Origin: Entomortierella parvispora E1425
Taxonomy: Eukaryota > Fungi > Mortierellomycota
Length of the DNA: 64,000 bases
NCBI GenBank assembly: GCA_020891255.1
Contig: BQFW01000008.1
Coordinates: 124,001 to 188,000, forward strand
Direction: 5' to 3'
Shown: positions 35,968-48,148 of the stretch, one piece after another
How positions within the stretch are numbered: the first letter of the stretch is position 1
How the letters are laid out: each line of letters starts with the position of its first letter
Made by a program: the position numbers and the translations under genes
The notes under the pieces: model-generated
The model's database searches: none
Seen by the model: the letters and a program-made list of their open reading frames with translations, nothing else
Told to the model about the DNA's origin: nothing

Positions 35968-38037
35968 ATGTTGCATTCACCCATCACCACAAGCAGCCCA
36001 CAGTTTTCAATCACATCAGGTAACATAGCCGTTCAAGCAGCAGCTCACTGTGTCTCTTCTCTCTTTGTCATCCTCCGCCGATAACTCTCCAGTCGCGTAT
36101 CTTTTGTGTCATCCCTCGGCACCTGCACCCCTGCGACCTGCTCCCAACACGAGAAAGAGAAGAGAGCGAGCACGCAAATCTTTTTTTTTTTTCTTATCAT
36201 GTGCATCCCGGGCGAAAATAATTCATGAGGGAGGGGGCAAAAGGCAGAGAGAAAGAGAGAGAGAGAGAGCAGATAGGGCGCCAAACCACGAAAAGTGAGC
36301 GGGAGGCAGACTCCGGACACATGTCTCTGGGAGACGTGATACCTTGGCTCTCTTTCTGTGTATGGATCGTGCTTTGGCTGGTCGTGTGTTCCTTGGTTGT
36401 ATCTGTCCCTCTGCCTATTGTGCCCAGAAGGATACCCTTGACTACACAATTGCAGGAACCACATACATTTTGTGTCCTTTGTAGACTTGCGGTGTTTGTT
36501 TGTGTGAATCATGAGGGTGGCGAAACGTGCCTTTGGATCTTTTGCTCCCTGCGTCCCCCCCCCAAAAAAAAAAAAAAAAAAAAAAAAAAGGGCTTGGTTG
36601 CTTTGCTTTTCTCACAGCGTGCAGGGCGTGTGGAAATGAACATTGTCGATCCCTCCTCCTTCTGCGACCCGTGCCTTTTCTTCTCAAAGAAACAAACGCC
36701 TTGCTTCAGCAACCACTCTTCCTGACTCTGACCTGTTTGTGTTTGTTGTTTCTATTGTTGTCGTTGTTGCACGCGGGCAACAACAGCATGTACCTCTCGT
36801 CCAACATCAGCTTCGGGCACAAGACCCAAATCGATCAAGATGAGCCAAGGGTCCAAACAAGCTTCCTCGAATGCCATCAATATCCCTTCACCACCCCTCA
36901 CACCCCACCAAGGCTACTCGTGGGACCGTCACCGCGGTAACCATGGCGATCATGACCATGAGGATGGCGAGCAAGAAGATTTGGATGACAGCATCTTTTC
37001 ATCAAGGTTCCGTCACCGTCGAGAAAACGAGTTCACAACCATGGAAGACGAACTGTCCTTGGCCTACTCGATCCTCCGTCAAGCTACCTCGGCCCCCAGC
37101 AAGCTTTCTCATCTACAGTTCCGAGCTTCTACGAGTGGTCCCTCATTAGGCTTTACATTTGGCAGCAATCTTTCGTCAAAGAGAGAAAAGGCCAAAGAAG
37201 ACCGAGAGAGCTATGCTTATTTCATGAAGATGATGGAGGAGGACTACTGGAAGAGCGTGTCAACCATTCGATCCACATACTTTTTTGATGGTATTGGCCG
37301 AGGAGGTGGATTCCTTGCTGTAAGTATACTTCAAAGGACGTGCACCGTGTTTGCTAGTGTGGATCGCTAACAGACGATGGCGTTGTCGAAATAGATCCCA
37401 CACCTGGCCTCACATGGCAATGCCAAGACAAATGTAATATGTCGGTTACTCGAAGCTTGGTTGACCAAAAAGTTGGTAGAGCCCACCATCTCGGATTCGA
37501 TTCCAGTTCTTGAGGACAATATCCAATCCTCTGTCCAATCAATTGAACGGCACCTCAAGGCCGATCCCCGAGTATGGGCCGGTATCTCACAAGCTTTTAT
37601 TCACATTCGATGTGGACATGTCTTCATGCTCGATGCCTGTTGCGATGACCAAACCATTGTGCACCTGGGTGCAGATGAGTTTTATCAAGAGGTACAGAAA
37701 GTGTACTTTGATACTTTAAGGATTGGTCCAGCTGCTTTCCATTTATTCAATGTGCTGATCCAATGTCAACCTCCATCTTTTTATGACGTTCAATTGATAG
37801 TACCCTCTGTTTGTCGATGTCGAGATCAAGATGCACGGCGACACGCGCTGCCCAAGTACGACGAATCCAACCGAGGTTCTGATTGCGTTCCAGAATGTGG
37901 TAAACCGGAATAAAGGGCCAGAGTCTGAACAGCCCTTTGTGCATCGAGCCACCATCACAGAGTCAACCATCCCTGTCGAGGGAACAACCTCCAGCACGAC
38001 GACATCCACGCCGCTCCAAAAGCAAGATCGCGTTTGA
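35968..38037 (+). CDS. Hypothetical protein, about 372 aa (S/T-rich N-terminus, globular C-terminal half)
   Basis: Predicted exons 35968-36019, 36787-37319, 37395-37691, 37801-38037; all GT-AG and phase-compatible, joining ORF-track fragments 36840-, 37461- and 37831-. No family recognised; the first exon is less certain. Confidence 0.65.
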
Positions 38038-38508
38038 GGGAACCGAAATACTTGTACAAAAAAATAAAAATAAAATACATAGCCAGAAAGAAGCAAACGA
38101 AGTTGCAGATCCGCCCGCCCGCTCGTCAATGATAACGTTGTTCTTCGGGGATACAATTGCTCTTGGCACAGCTGAACAAACGAGCAAAACGAGCAAAACG
38201 AACAAAACGACCCCAAATTTGCTCTCCGTCGTCCTGCGGCGAATGGAGGGAATGGAGTTGAGGATTGCTGCGGGGGACTGCTTTTCTGGGCTGCAGGTAT
38301 TTAATGCGAATGGAGCATACACCAACCCTTTTTTTTTTCTGCTCCATCTGCACACAGACATCCGTCTTCACATCTGCTCCATTCATACCCGCGACCTGCA
38401 CAAGGACATCGCCTCTCTCCCCCCGACAATCCTCCCTAAATAAGCAATTTGGGCGAAGCACTCCTTCTCCTATCTCGTACTCTCTCTCTCTCGTTCTCTC
38501 CCTTGACA

Positions 38509-41300
38509 ATGCCCGTATCCTCAAAGACGTTCATAGCGCGACTGCCCGCCGGCGTGGTCCTCGACGATGACATCAAGGAGTACCTCTCCTCCATCGTCGA
38601 TGGCCAGGCTTTCTCCTCTCCCGACTCTCTGCGCGAAGAGACGGAGCACTTTTTGATCGACGCTGGCGTCGAAGACGCTTCCAAGCTCGATGATTTTTAC
38701 GGCTCCTTTGCCGACCAGTTCTCCAGCGGATCGCCCGCAGAATCCACTTCGCCCACGCACGTGCGCCTCGACAGCGCCATGGGTGATCTCTCTATTCAGG
38801 ACAAGAGCGACTCGGACAAGGACTCCTCTGCCTCGGGCGCCTCCAAAAAAAAGCCTTTCAAGTCAAAGCCCGTCAAGATGACCAAGGCCGCCAAAAAGCT
38901 AGCCGCTAAAGGCTCTCCCGCAGGATCAGAAGGCGCTACTACCCCCACTGCTGCTGGTGCGGATGGGGAGTCTGTGGCAGCACCTACGGGACCAGTCAAC
39001 AATGTCCTCGAGGCTTACTCCCAGCAATCGCGCTTCCACGAGGAGACGCTTTTGACCTTGTCCAAGGAAGTCGATCTGAAGAATGTAAACATCACGATTG
39101 GCGACCGACCGCTTTTGAAGGACGCTCGACTTTGGTTCAAATCCGGCTATATGTATGGACTCATTGGACGCAACGGCACGGGCAAATCGACCTTGCTCAA
39201 GGCCATCGGCTATGGCGAGTTAATTGGCTTCCCCTTGAACTTGAGAACCCTGTACATTGAGCAGTTGCCCTCTGAGACGCCTGAGGAGCAGACGGTTGTT
39301 GAGACCGTCCTCAAGTCTGACACTGAGCGTACGTTGCTCATGACCGAGTCCAAGTTGCTCCAGGAGGCCATGAACAAGTATCCCAAGCAGCTCGTCAAGT
39401 GCATCAAGAAGCTCGAATGGGAGCGCATGAAGGTCAAGTTGGCGGCGCAACAGAAGCTGGCGATTCGTCGATCTGGCAAGCGTGGTGCTGAGGCCCGTGA
39501 GTTGCTGCTTGTGGTAGAGGCAGAGGAGAAGGATGCCCGGGAAGCCTTTGAGGCGATTTCAATTCAGGGTGTCGAACCCTCCCTGGAGACCATGAGTCTG
39601 GCGCATGAGATGCTTGAGAATGTGATGATCAAGCTGCAACAGATCGACGCTGACTCCGCAGAGGCAAGGGCCAGGGAATTGCTCCGCGGCTTGGGTTTCA
39701 CGCCGGCCAACCAAGATCTAGCCATCAAGAACTTTTCCGGAGGTTGGAAGATGCGTATTGCCTTGGCCCAGGCCTTGTTCTTGAAGCCTGACTTGCTCTT
39801 GCTCGATGAGCCTACCAAGTATGTATATCCTTCGTGTTTTGAACCTCTCTCAAGCTTCTTGAAAAGTCGCGGAGAATGATATTTAATGGTTTTTTTCCTA
39901 TTAATTACTTTCAATCATAGCCATTTGGACTTGCCCGCCATCATTTGGTTGCAGCAGTACTTGCTTGAGAACTTGAGCGAGGATCAGACTGTTGTTGTTG
40001 TCTCTCACGACCGTAACTTTTTGAACACGGTCTCGCAAGAGATCATCCGTCTTCGCGATCACCAGCTCTCCTACTTTCCCGGAAACTACGACGAGTACGA
40101 GATGAAGATGGAGGACAAGGCCAAGATGAAGGATCGCATTGCCTCTGCCTTGGAGAAGAAGCGTAAGCATGTCCAGGACTCGATTAATAAGCAGCGCTCG
40201 ATCATGGGCAAGACTGGAGACGACAAACGCGGAGGAGTTATCGCCTCACGTCAGAAGGTAATAACAATTATCACTGAATCAGCGTGGAAATGGAAAAAAT
40301 GGATATTCTTATGAATCGCACTGTTAACACGATTGCCTCTGACTGATAGAAACTTCTCCGTCTCGCTGGCCACAACAAGCTGGAGAACGGAAAGCGACTC
40401 AAGCAGTCATACGTCTCTGGTTTCCACTTGAGCCTAGGTATCAAGGTAGAGCGTGAGGTGCCAGAGCCTGCCATCACGATCCCCTTGCCTGAGCCCAAGG
40501 AGCTTCGTGGCAACCCTACAACTCTCCTTTCCCTCAACAATGTCACGTTCTCATACCCTGGAGCGGCTGTCCGAAAGTCGGGTCCCGTTATCCAGAATGT
40601 CAGTTTGGCTTTGCATCACTCCTCCAGAATTGCACTTTTGGGACCCAACGGATGCGGTAAATCCACCCTCATGGCCTTGCTCGCAGGAGATGCCAATCCA
40701 ACTCAGGGCACTGTTGAGCGGTACTCGTCGCTGGTCAAGATTGGCTACTTTTCTCAGCACAACGTCGACCGACTGGAGGGCTACGCAACAAAGTCGGCCA
40801 TGCGGTACCTGATGGATACCTTCCCCGAGGATTACAAGTCTGAACCCATGGCGCGCAAGTACCTCGGTTCGTTCGGTATCGCTGGTCAGTGTGCTGTCTT
40901 GCCAATGTCGACACTCTCTGGAGGTCAAAAGTCCCGTGTGGCCCTGGCAATTTGTGTGCACGGCGGCCCTCAGATCTTGTTGCTGGATGAAATCACCAAC
41001 CACTTGGATATGGCGACGATCGAGGGCTTGATTGTGGCATTGAAGGGCTACACTGGCGCAGTGGTATTGGTTTCTCACGATGCCTACTTCGTCAAGGCTG
41101 TATGCGAAAACGATCCAGAAGAGGACATGTCGGATGAGGACGAGGAGGACGTGTTGAAGGCCCAAGAGGAGGTTGGTGTTGTTTACAGAGTCAAGAATGG
41201 CAAGCTGGTCCGATTGGAAGGAGGTGTGGACGAGTATGTCAAGATGGTTGTGAACGAGAACAGGAAGGGCATGCGTGGAGGCGCCGGTCGCCCCATTTAA
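38509..41300 (+). CDS. ABC-F family (non-transporter, Gcn20/ABCF-like) ATPase, about 865 aa
   Basis: Exons 38509-39818, 39921-40257, 40350-41300. Two nucleotide-binding domains: GRNGTGKS/FSGGWKMR/LLLDEPTNHLD and GPNGCGKS/LSGGQKSR/LLLDEITNHLD; no transmembrane segments. Confidence 0.93.
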
Positions 41301-41538
41301 AAACTACGGTATCGAAATCTGCGCTCGCAAAACGCGTCTGGCCCCTCCTTTGTATTTTTTTTCTACACTCCTTTTTTTTTCTTTCCTTGTTGACAAACGA
41401 TTGTACTTTTATACGCTTTGATACTCCCATTCAACATCTTCTGTTCGTATCTCTTTCTTTCTCAATTCTTTGCTCGTTCTTGCGGATACCCAAAAACGCT
41501 CGCTGTACAACAATAAATTCGCGTATTCCGCCTAAAAT

Positions 41539-41548
41539 ATCACGTGAT
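41539..41548. promoter_or_regulatory. Palindromic ATCACGTGAT E-box, importin-11 promoter
   Basis: About 130 nt upstream of the ATG at 41679. Confidence 0.5.
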
Positions 41549-41678
41549 GAAAGATGACATCGCCGAAATGATTCTATCGCACATTTTACAAGACAATCGC
41601 TCCCTTCTCCAGCAGGCAACCAAAGCAAGAAAGCAACAGGCTGCCAGCCAGCATCTCTTTGACTTCACCATCGCGACC

Positions 41679-44600
41679 ATGTCTGCCCGCAGTGTTCTTT
41701 TGACCGTGCTCGCAGAGGCTGCATCCCAGGAGCCAGAGCGCATGCGCAATGCGGTCACTCAATTGCAGCAATGGGAGACTACGCCCCAGTTCAATGCCAC
41801 CCTCCAGGTATGCTCTCACTCCCTGCCTGCCTTGGGGAAAACCCTTTTTTTTTCCAACCTGTCGATCAAGATGCACTTGAACTGAGACCTCTTTAACGCC
41901 CTCTAGGATATCTTTTATGACCGATCGGTGGAGACCAACATCCGCTGGCAGGCTATCATCTATCTCAAGAACGGGATTGACAAATACTGGCGCAAGTCGG
42001 CAAAAAAGTAACCGTCAAATCTTTCTTGGGCTCGATCTCGATCAATTTCGACCAACCTTTGAAGAACTGCGCCAACCAACCTCTTTGCTAACGCGACTCG
42101 GCGGATGTTTTGCTTTACATTGTTTAGTGCCATTGCGCCAGAGGAAAAGGCTGCCATCAGAGCGCGCCTGCTGACTGCATTGGACGAGGAGCAAAAGCCC
42201 GTAAGCAACTGATCAAGAACCCAAAGGATACCATCATATGTGACAATTGACCAGGGTGTCGCTTCTTTTTATTGCCAATAGCTTGCGATTCAAAACGGTG
42301 TTTTGATTTCAAAGATTGCAAGACTTGACTTTCCCATGGAATGGTGAGCTTGGGCACCAATAGCTCTACTCCAATGGCTAGACATTTATTTCAGTCTGTT
42401 CTAATCCAATCTCTACTTTTACAGGCCTGATCTGTTGACGACTCTTCTGGACATTGTCCGTACTTCTACCGCCAACGAATCCGATCCCAGAGCTCGACTT
42501 GTCCAGCAGCGTTCACTCTACACTTTGCACTTGGTGGTCAAAGGACTGATCTCAAAGACATTGGCTGCCAGCAGGAAACAGTTTCAGCTTGTGGCGCCCG
42601 ATCTCTTCTCCAACATTGTCAACATCTATGTTCGCTATGTCGACATGCTGTTTGCTTCCAATACGACCAACATTGAGAGTCTGTCTGGATGCCTGGAGAC
42701 TTCGCATATGGCACTGAAGTGTCTGCGGAGAGTTGTTGTTCATGGATTCCCCAACTTGTCGACTTCAGAGGGTCCTGTTGCCTTCTTCAGACTGGCATTG
42801 GAGCACCTCCAAAAGTTCATCTCGTTCAAGGAGTCTATCCCAGAGCAGTGTTCTTTTTTGATCACCTCTGTGGATTCTCACATCAAACTCATCGGAAAGT
42901 TCTATCTGGATCTCATGGACGCTCACCCACGGCAATTTATCCTCACACCAGGCGCAGGCGATGTCCTTCGTTTCTATTGGGAACTCTTGACGGGATCCTC
43001 AAATGAGCATGCTGCGTCTCCTGCGCAAACAACACTCATTCAGGCACTGCTGCTAATCAAGAAGACTCTCAAGGATCCCCAATTCATCCTCAACGACAGT
43101 ATGGACCCTGTTTTTTGAGATTCAATTGAATCTGGAGAAACTCTTGTGAATTGGCGAAACTAATATTATTGCCTGTATACCTCTATAGAGGACCCAGAGC
43201 CCGTGGTCGTTCAATGCAGACATGTTATCGAAAAGGAATTTATGACACCGGAAACCACCAACAAGTTGGCCGAGATTCTTATTACGCGCTACATGCGCTT
43301 GACAGAGGATGACTTGGAAGAGTGGGACTCGAGTCCCGAGGAATGGGCTTTGGAGGAGGAGGCAGACTCGTGGAAATATCAGCTGAGACCTTGTGCCGAA
43401 AAGGTCTTCATGGACTTGCTTTCCAGTCACCGTGCGCAATTGAGCCCGCTTTTGGTACAGCTGGTAGGGTCTACTTCAGGAATGTCGGACCTCTTCTTGA
43501 AGGACTCCATCTACTGTGCTATCGGTTTGGGATGTCACGACCTTTTTGGTGCCATTGATTTCGATAGCTGGCTTTCAGGACAACTTTCACAAGAGGTCCA
43601 GAACGCCGAATCAAGGTAAAATCAATGCAGTCTGGGAACTAGCTCGGCCTGTGCTCAATACTAACTGGTTTTCTTGACGTCTCTCTCCATAGCAATCGTA
43701 TTATTCGTCGGCGTATTGCTTGGATGATTGGAAAGTGGGTCAATGTCAACATTTCAAAGGACGCTCGACCAATCGTATATACCATCATGCTGCACCTCTT
43801 GCGGCCAGAAGAGCATCTCGCCGTTCGCCTTGCAGCGGCCCAGAATTTGAAACTTAGTATTGACGACTGGGACTTTGAACCGGCGACTTTTGCACCCTTT
43901 TTGGAACGATCTGTCGTCGGACTGAGACAGATCATGGGCACTGTGGAGGAGCCCGAGAGTCGCATGAGGATTTTGAACTGCATGTCCATGATTGTCGAAC
44001 GTATGGATGAGCACATCGCGCCCTACGCACAGCAGATTATCGAACTTTTGCCCCCACTCTGGGAGGCAGCTGCGGATCAGCACTTGCTTCAATCAGCCAT
44101 CCTCGTTATTATGACCAAACTGGTGGAGGTGAGTCCCTCGTAAAGTTGTTATCAGTAGTTTTGAGATGTTCATAGTGTCAGTCAAGGACAAGACTAACAG
44201 GCTATATTTTTGGTGAATAGTCATTGAAATCGCAGTCCATGGGTCTCCATGCTCTAGTCATGCCCTTGATTCGACTTAGTGTTGACCCTTCTCAGGAAGC
44301 TCATATTTACTTGATGGATGATGGATTCGAGCTCTGGCTTGCTACGCTGAGAAGCTCCCGTGAGTCCACCGATGAGCTGATGAGCCTTGTTCCCGCAGCG
44401 GTGACTCTTCTCTCTCAAGGCATGGACCATATGAGAACAATGTTGAAGATCCTCCAAAGCTATCTCCTGTTGGATGCAGAGAGAACTTTCCAGGTAAGAA
44501 GGCGTTACTCTATGGATGAAATCACCCTCGATCTACAATGGACTTTACTTTATCTAACCCCGGTTATTTTAATGAAAACTAGTTCTCGGGCGCTACTTTG

Positions 44601-45326
44601 ATCAACTCGATTGCGGCACTTTTGGGCGATTTGAATCCAGAGGCGAGTGTGGCCATCATGCAGTTCATGGATATGACGGCTTTGACTTGTCCTCTTCGGA
44701 TTACGGGCGATTTGTATATCTCTTCAGGAATGTTGAACAAGGTGTTGAATGTGATCTTGGCCAAGAAGGAGACCAACGTCGTCCTGACTCAATACCTGGG
44801 CTTCCTCGCCCGCTTGGCCCTCGATGACGCCGACTATCTCGCTCAAGCTATTACAGCAGCAGGACAGCAATTCGGTCAACCTCAATTGCTGGGCACCTTG
44901 GTGGATTTCTGGATGGAGAAGTTTGACAATATCTCGCATCCAAAGCACCGCAAGCTCCATGCCATGGCGTTGACATCGCTGATGCGGACGACCAACCCTT
45001 TGATTTTGGTGCAGCTGCCTCGTTTGGTCGGTATCTGGGGAGATGTTTTGAACGAGGTCAACGAGAATGGGTCGGGCGATTCGCTTGTCTACTGGCGTGA
45101 GGCTCAGGAGGATGAGGACGACAGCTCAGAGGAGACGGCAGAGGTGATTCGTCGGCGGGAACTTTTGAGGCGCGACCCTGTCCATACGACCAATTTGGCG
45201 CACTATGTCAAGGCGTCCTTGGCCGAGTGCGAGCGATTGAATGGAGGCGCGGAGGCCTTTCAGCAACAGTGGCTCTCCAAGGTCGACCCATTGATGATGG
45301 ACGGATTGATGCCTTTGCTTCAATAG
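41679..45326 (+). CDS. KAP120: Importin-beta family karyopherin, importin-11/Kap120-like, about 972 aa
   Basis: Exons 41679-41807, 41907-42007, 42128-42200, 42282-42343, 42425-43098, 43189-43615, 43693-44128, 44221-44493, 44583-45326. IBN_N motif IIYLKNGIDKYWRK; IARLDFPMEWPDL; RPCAEKVF; IIRRRIAWMIGKW; LLRRDPVHT. Confidence 0.92.
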
Positions 45327-45647
45327 ACAAGAAACAACTCCAAAAACAAAAACAAAAAACGCGCCCCATAGATATTTCGACTGCCAACTGGTCACTAATA
45401 AAAAGGATTTTTATGACTGGCTGACTGACTGACTGATCCTGTGAATGAGATGTAGTTTTACAAGTCAAATGGTCAAATGGTGAAGGTCAAAAAGGCTCGA
45501 GGAGAAACAACTGATGATTTATTCAGGTTCTTTTTTTTTTTTTTTTTTTTTTGTGGAATCCGCATAGGATGGATAGTGAAGTTGAAAGACATAAAATGAT
45601 TCAACGGCACAGCCTCGGTCTGAATAAATTATAAAGACAAAGGCTCA

Positions 45648-45875
45648 TAGCAAATTTTGCTAGAAGGCCCACAGCCTTTGAAACAAAGGGAGTCAGCACT
45701 GTTATCCTATTAGGATAATGGAAGCTGGATGTCCTTATCACCCAACTCCATTGGTGCAATGCACCTAGTCACACCCACAGGCCTTTGTAACAAAGGGTAC
45801 AGGGTGGTCATAAGACACTCGAGGGCGGTGCGAGAACTGAGTTGACAACTTTCAATTGGCAACTCAGGGCTAGCC
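45648..45875. repeat. Cluster of short palindromes/hairpins with an internal direct repeat
   Basis: TAGCAAA-t-TTTGCTA, CCTTTG-aaa-CAAAGG, TTATCCTA-t-TAGGATAA, GGTGCA-a-TGCACC, CCTTTG-taa-CAAAGG, CTGAGTTGaCAA-7nt-TTGgCAACTCAG, GGCTAGCC. Confidence 0.85.
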
Positions 45876-47314
45876 TAGCAAACGACGAGCAGACTTGAGA
45901 CAAAAGTTCCTTCTTAAAACGAATCCGATGAAAAATCCCAGTCAAGAATCGAGCTCAATCAACGGAAGGGCTCGAAACAAAACAAAGAACTGGGAGGGGG
46001 AAAAAGAAAGAGAAGTCTCCTTCTGCGAGGGATAACAGGTCTGTCCAACTGGACAGCCTGCCAGACCTAGCAGGAAAAGTGGGGACGGGGGGAACGGAGG
46101 AAGGAAGGGGGGTTTGCTAGAAACTCGAGGGGATCCGCGGAACTCGAGACAGGGACGGAAACAGACCACGGAAGGAAAGAGCTCAAAAAGAAAGGACCCA
46201 TTGCGGAAACGAGCGCGTCGAAAAAGCACTCTGGAGCCATGCAGGAAAGCGAATCTGCTCTGTGGGACAGGCTTGGAGTCGAGCGGACAGAACGAATTCG
46301 TGACCAGAAGAGGGGTCGAGCTTGACCGAGCAAGAGAAGACCATTGGACCCTCCAAGAGGATCTAGCGGGCGGAGGAGGGGTGAGGGAGGCGACCAGGAG
46401 GGGCTGGTGAAGAAGAAAAAAAAAGCAGAGAACATGGGCCTTTTTATAACGTTCACGAAGAAGGGCAGTGCGATGGGGACCCGATCCACCCGTTTTACTA
46501 CCTGTCGGTTGCATGAAACGCGTGCGGGCGGGCGCTGTGTGTTCTCTCTTTTCGAGTCGTTTCCATGTCCTTCCTGTTGCTTTGCCTCTTCTGTCCTTTA
46601 GGCCCTCTTCCATTGAACAAAATCACGCAAACCCCATCGGTGCTCAGTTTTGGCGAAGCGACGGCTTGACTTTTCTTCTTCAACCCTCAACGCAATGGAC
46701 GCTGACATGCAAGGTCCATGGCGACATGGAGCATGACATGCGCACATTGAGTCGCATCCTTGCAAAAAAAGGGGAGGGAGCGGTCTCATCTTCACTTGCA
46801 TAACGAAAAAAAAGCCTCGTGAGCATGGCCATGGCGCTCGGAGACGGCCTAAAAAAGGATGCCCAAGCCAGAAGCAGGTGGGCCGAGCAAGGCCAATGCA
46901 GTAGTCGGGTGATGCTAGAATGTCACCCCCTAGGACAAGAAGGAAAAACCATGGGTGACAGTTTGAAAGGGGAGAAGGGGAAGCGCGCGTCCTTTTTTTT
47001 TTCTTTCCAAGTTTCCACGCGACATGCACCCAATGCTTGCTTGGGGCACATCAACAAATCCCGCGTTGACCTCTGACAAGACACGAACCAGCCAAGAAAG
47101 GATGGCAAGGTGAAAAGATAAAACAAGGAGGTGACCATTGATGACATACGAGGGGAAACGAATGAACCAGCGACGCCGCGCTATCCACAGCTCGTCCAAA
47201 TGACCGCTGTCCAGAGACTTCGTCAGAAACCGTAGCGCACTAGAGTCGTCGTTTCACAGACCAAGGAGTTTCCGAAGCGTCTTTGCAGTCAGCAGGAGCG
47301 GTACGTGGCAACGA

Positions 47315-47406
47315 GGCAGGACAGGGCAGGACAAGTGGCAGAATGGTTGGTAGCGAGGCAGGACGGTGACATGACGGTGGCAGGACAAGGTAGGACAAGG
47401 CAGGAC
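47315..47406. repeat. Array of six GGCAGGAC-type octamers
   Basis: GGCAGGAC at 47315, 47325, 47357, 47379 and 47399; GGTAGGAC at 47389. Confidence 0.85.
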
Positions 47407-48148
47407 GGCGCTTGTGCACAGGTAGCAGATGGAACCACAAAAAAAAAATCGCGTCGAGTAATGACAAAGTTCTGACGCGCTTCACTCCAGTCCTCTCTGC
47501 CAAGGCGCAACACAACGAAAAGACTTGAAGGGAGAGTTTACGCCTCTCGCTATTGCAGCAACTCTCTTTGCTTGCCAACATCAGCAGGGTGCACCTGTCC
47601 ATCCGGGGGAGGGGTCATCTTGCAGGGGTACTTGGCGAAAAAAAAAATGGACCCTGCCACCGTGTTTTTTGTTTGTTGTCCGCATGGACTGATCGTTCCA
47701 GAACTTTCTCTTTCCCTCCATTGCCACTGTCGTTCGTTTCCTTCCTTCTCCCTCTTGCTCGTGTCTTCCTTCTTCTTTGTTTCCATCCTTCTTCACTCTC
47801 ATCTTCTCTTCTCTATCACATCCCCTTCCCTCGTGAACTTGTCTGCCTCGTCCTCCCTCTCTTGCATTTGGCTTATCTCCTGCGTCCAGTTTGTTTCCTG
47901 CATCCAACTCTTGCCGGATCTCCATTTCTAAACAAGATGTGAGGGAAACAACAAGGTGCCCAAAGCCACGTCTTCATGTTGTCCATTTGGCGATCAAGCG
48001 GCGTTTGTTTGCAAGTTTTGTTTGAAATGGATTTATTACGAATATGAATATGACAATGAAAGATATGCAAAACGATGCGGGAATATGAAAAGATAAGTGA
48101 TAAACGAGAGAAAAAAAAATATGTACTATATAGAGGATGAAAGGGTAT

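Noticed and set aside
39825-39908. U12-like ATATCCTT ... TTCCTATTAAT..AC inside ABC-F intron 1
   Set aside because: Using it would break the conserved DEPTNHLD motif, and the branch-to-AC distance is too short; the canonical GT-AG intron restores the motif. No convincing minor intron found in the window.
41544-41678. In-frame upstream ATGs for importin-11
   Set aside because: They overlap the E-box/promoter and lie only about 245 nt after the ABC-F stop; homology starts near MSARSVLL.
45668-45878. CRISPR-like (hairpin repeat plus spacer) or Helitron 3'-end (hairpin plus CTAG) reading of the palindrome cluster
   Set aside because: Only two imperfect repeat copies, no cas genes and a eukaryotic context; the CTAG motifs are not followed by T, and no 5' TC end or Rep/helicase is visible.
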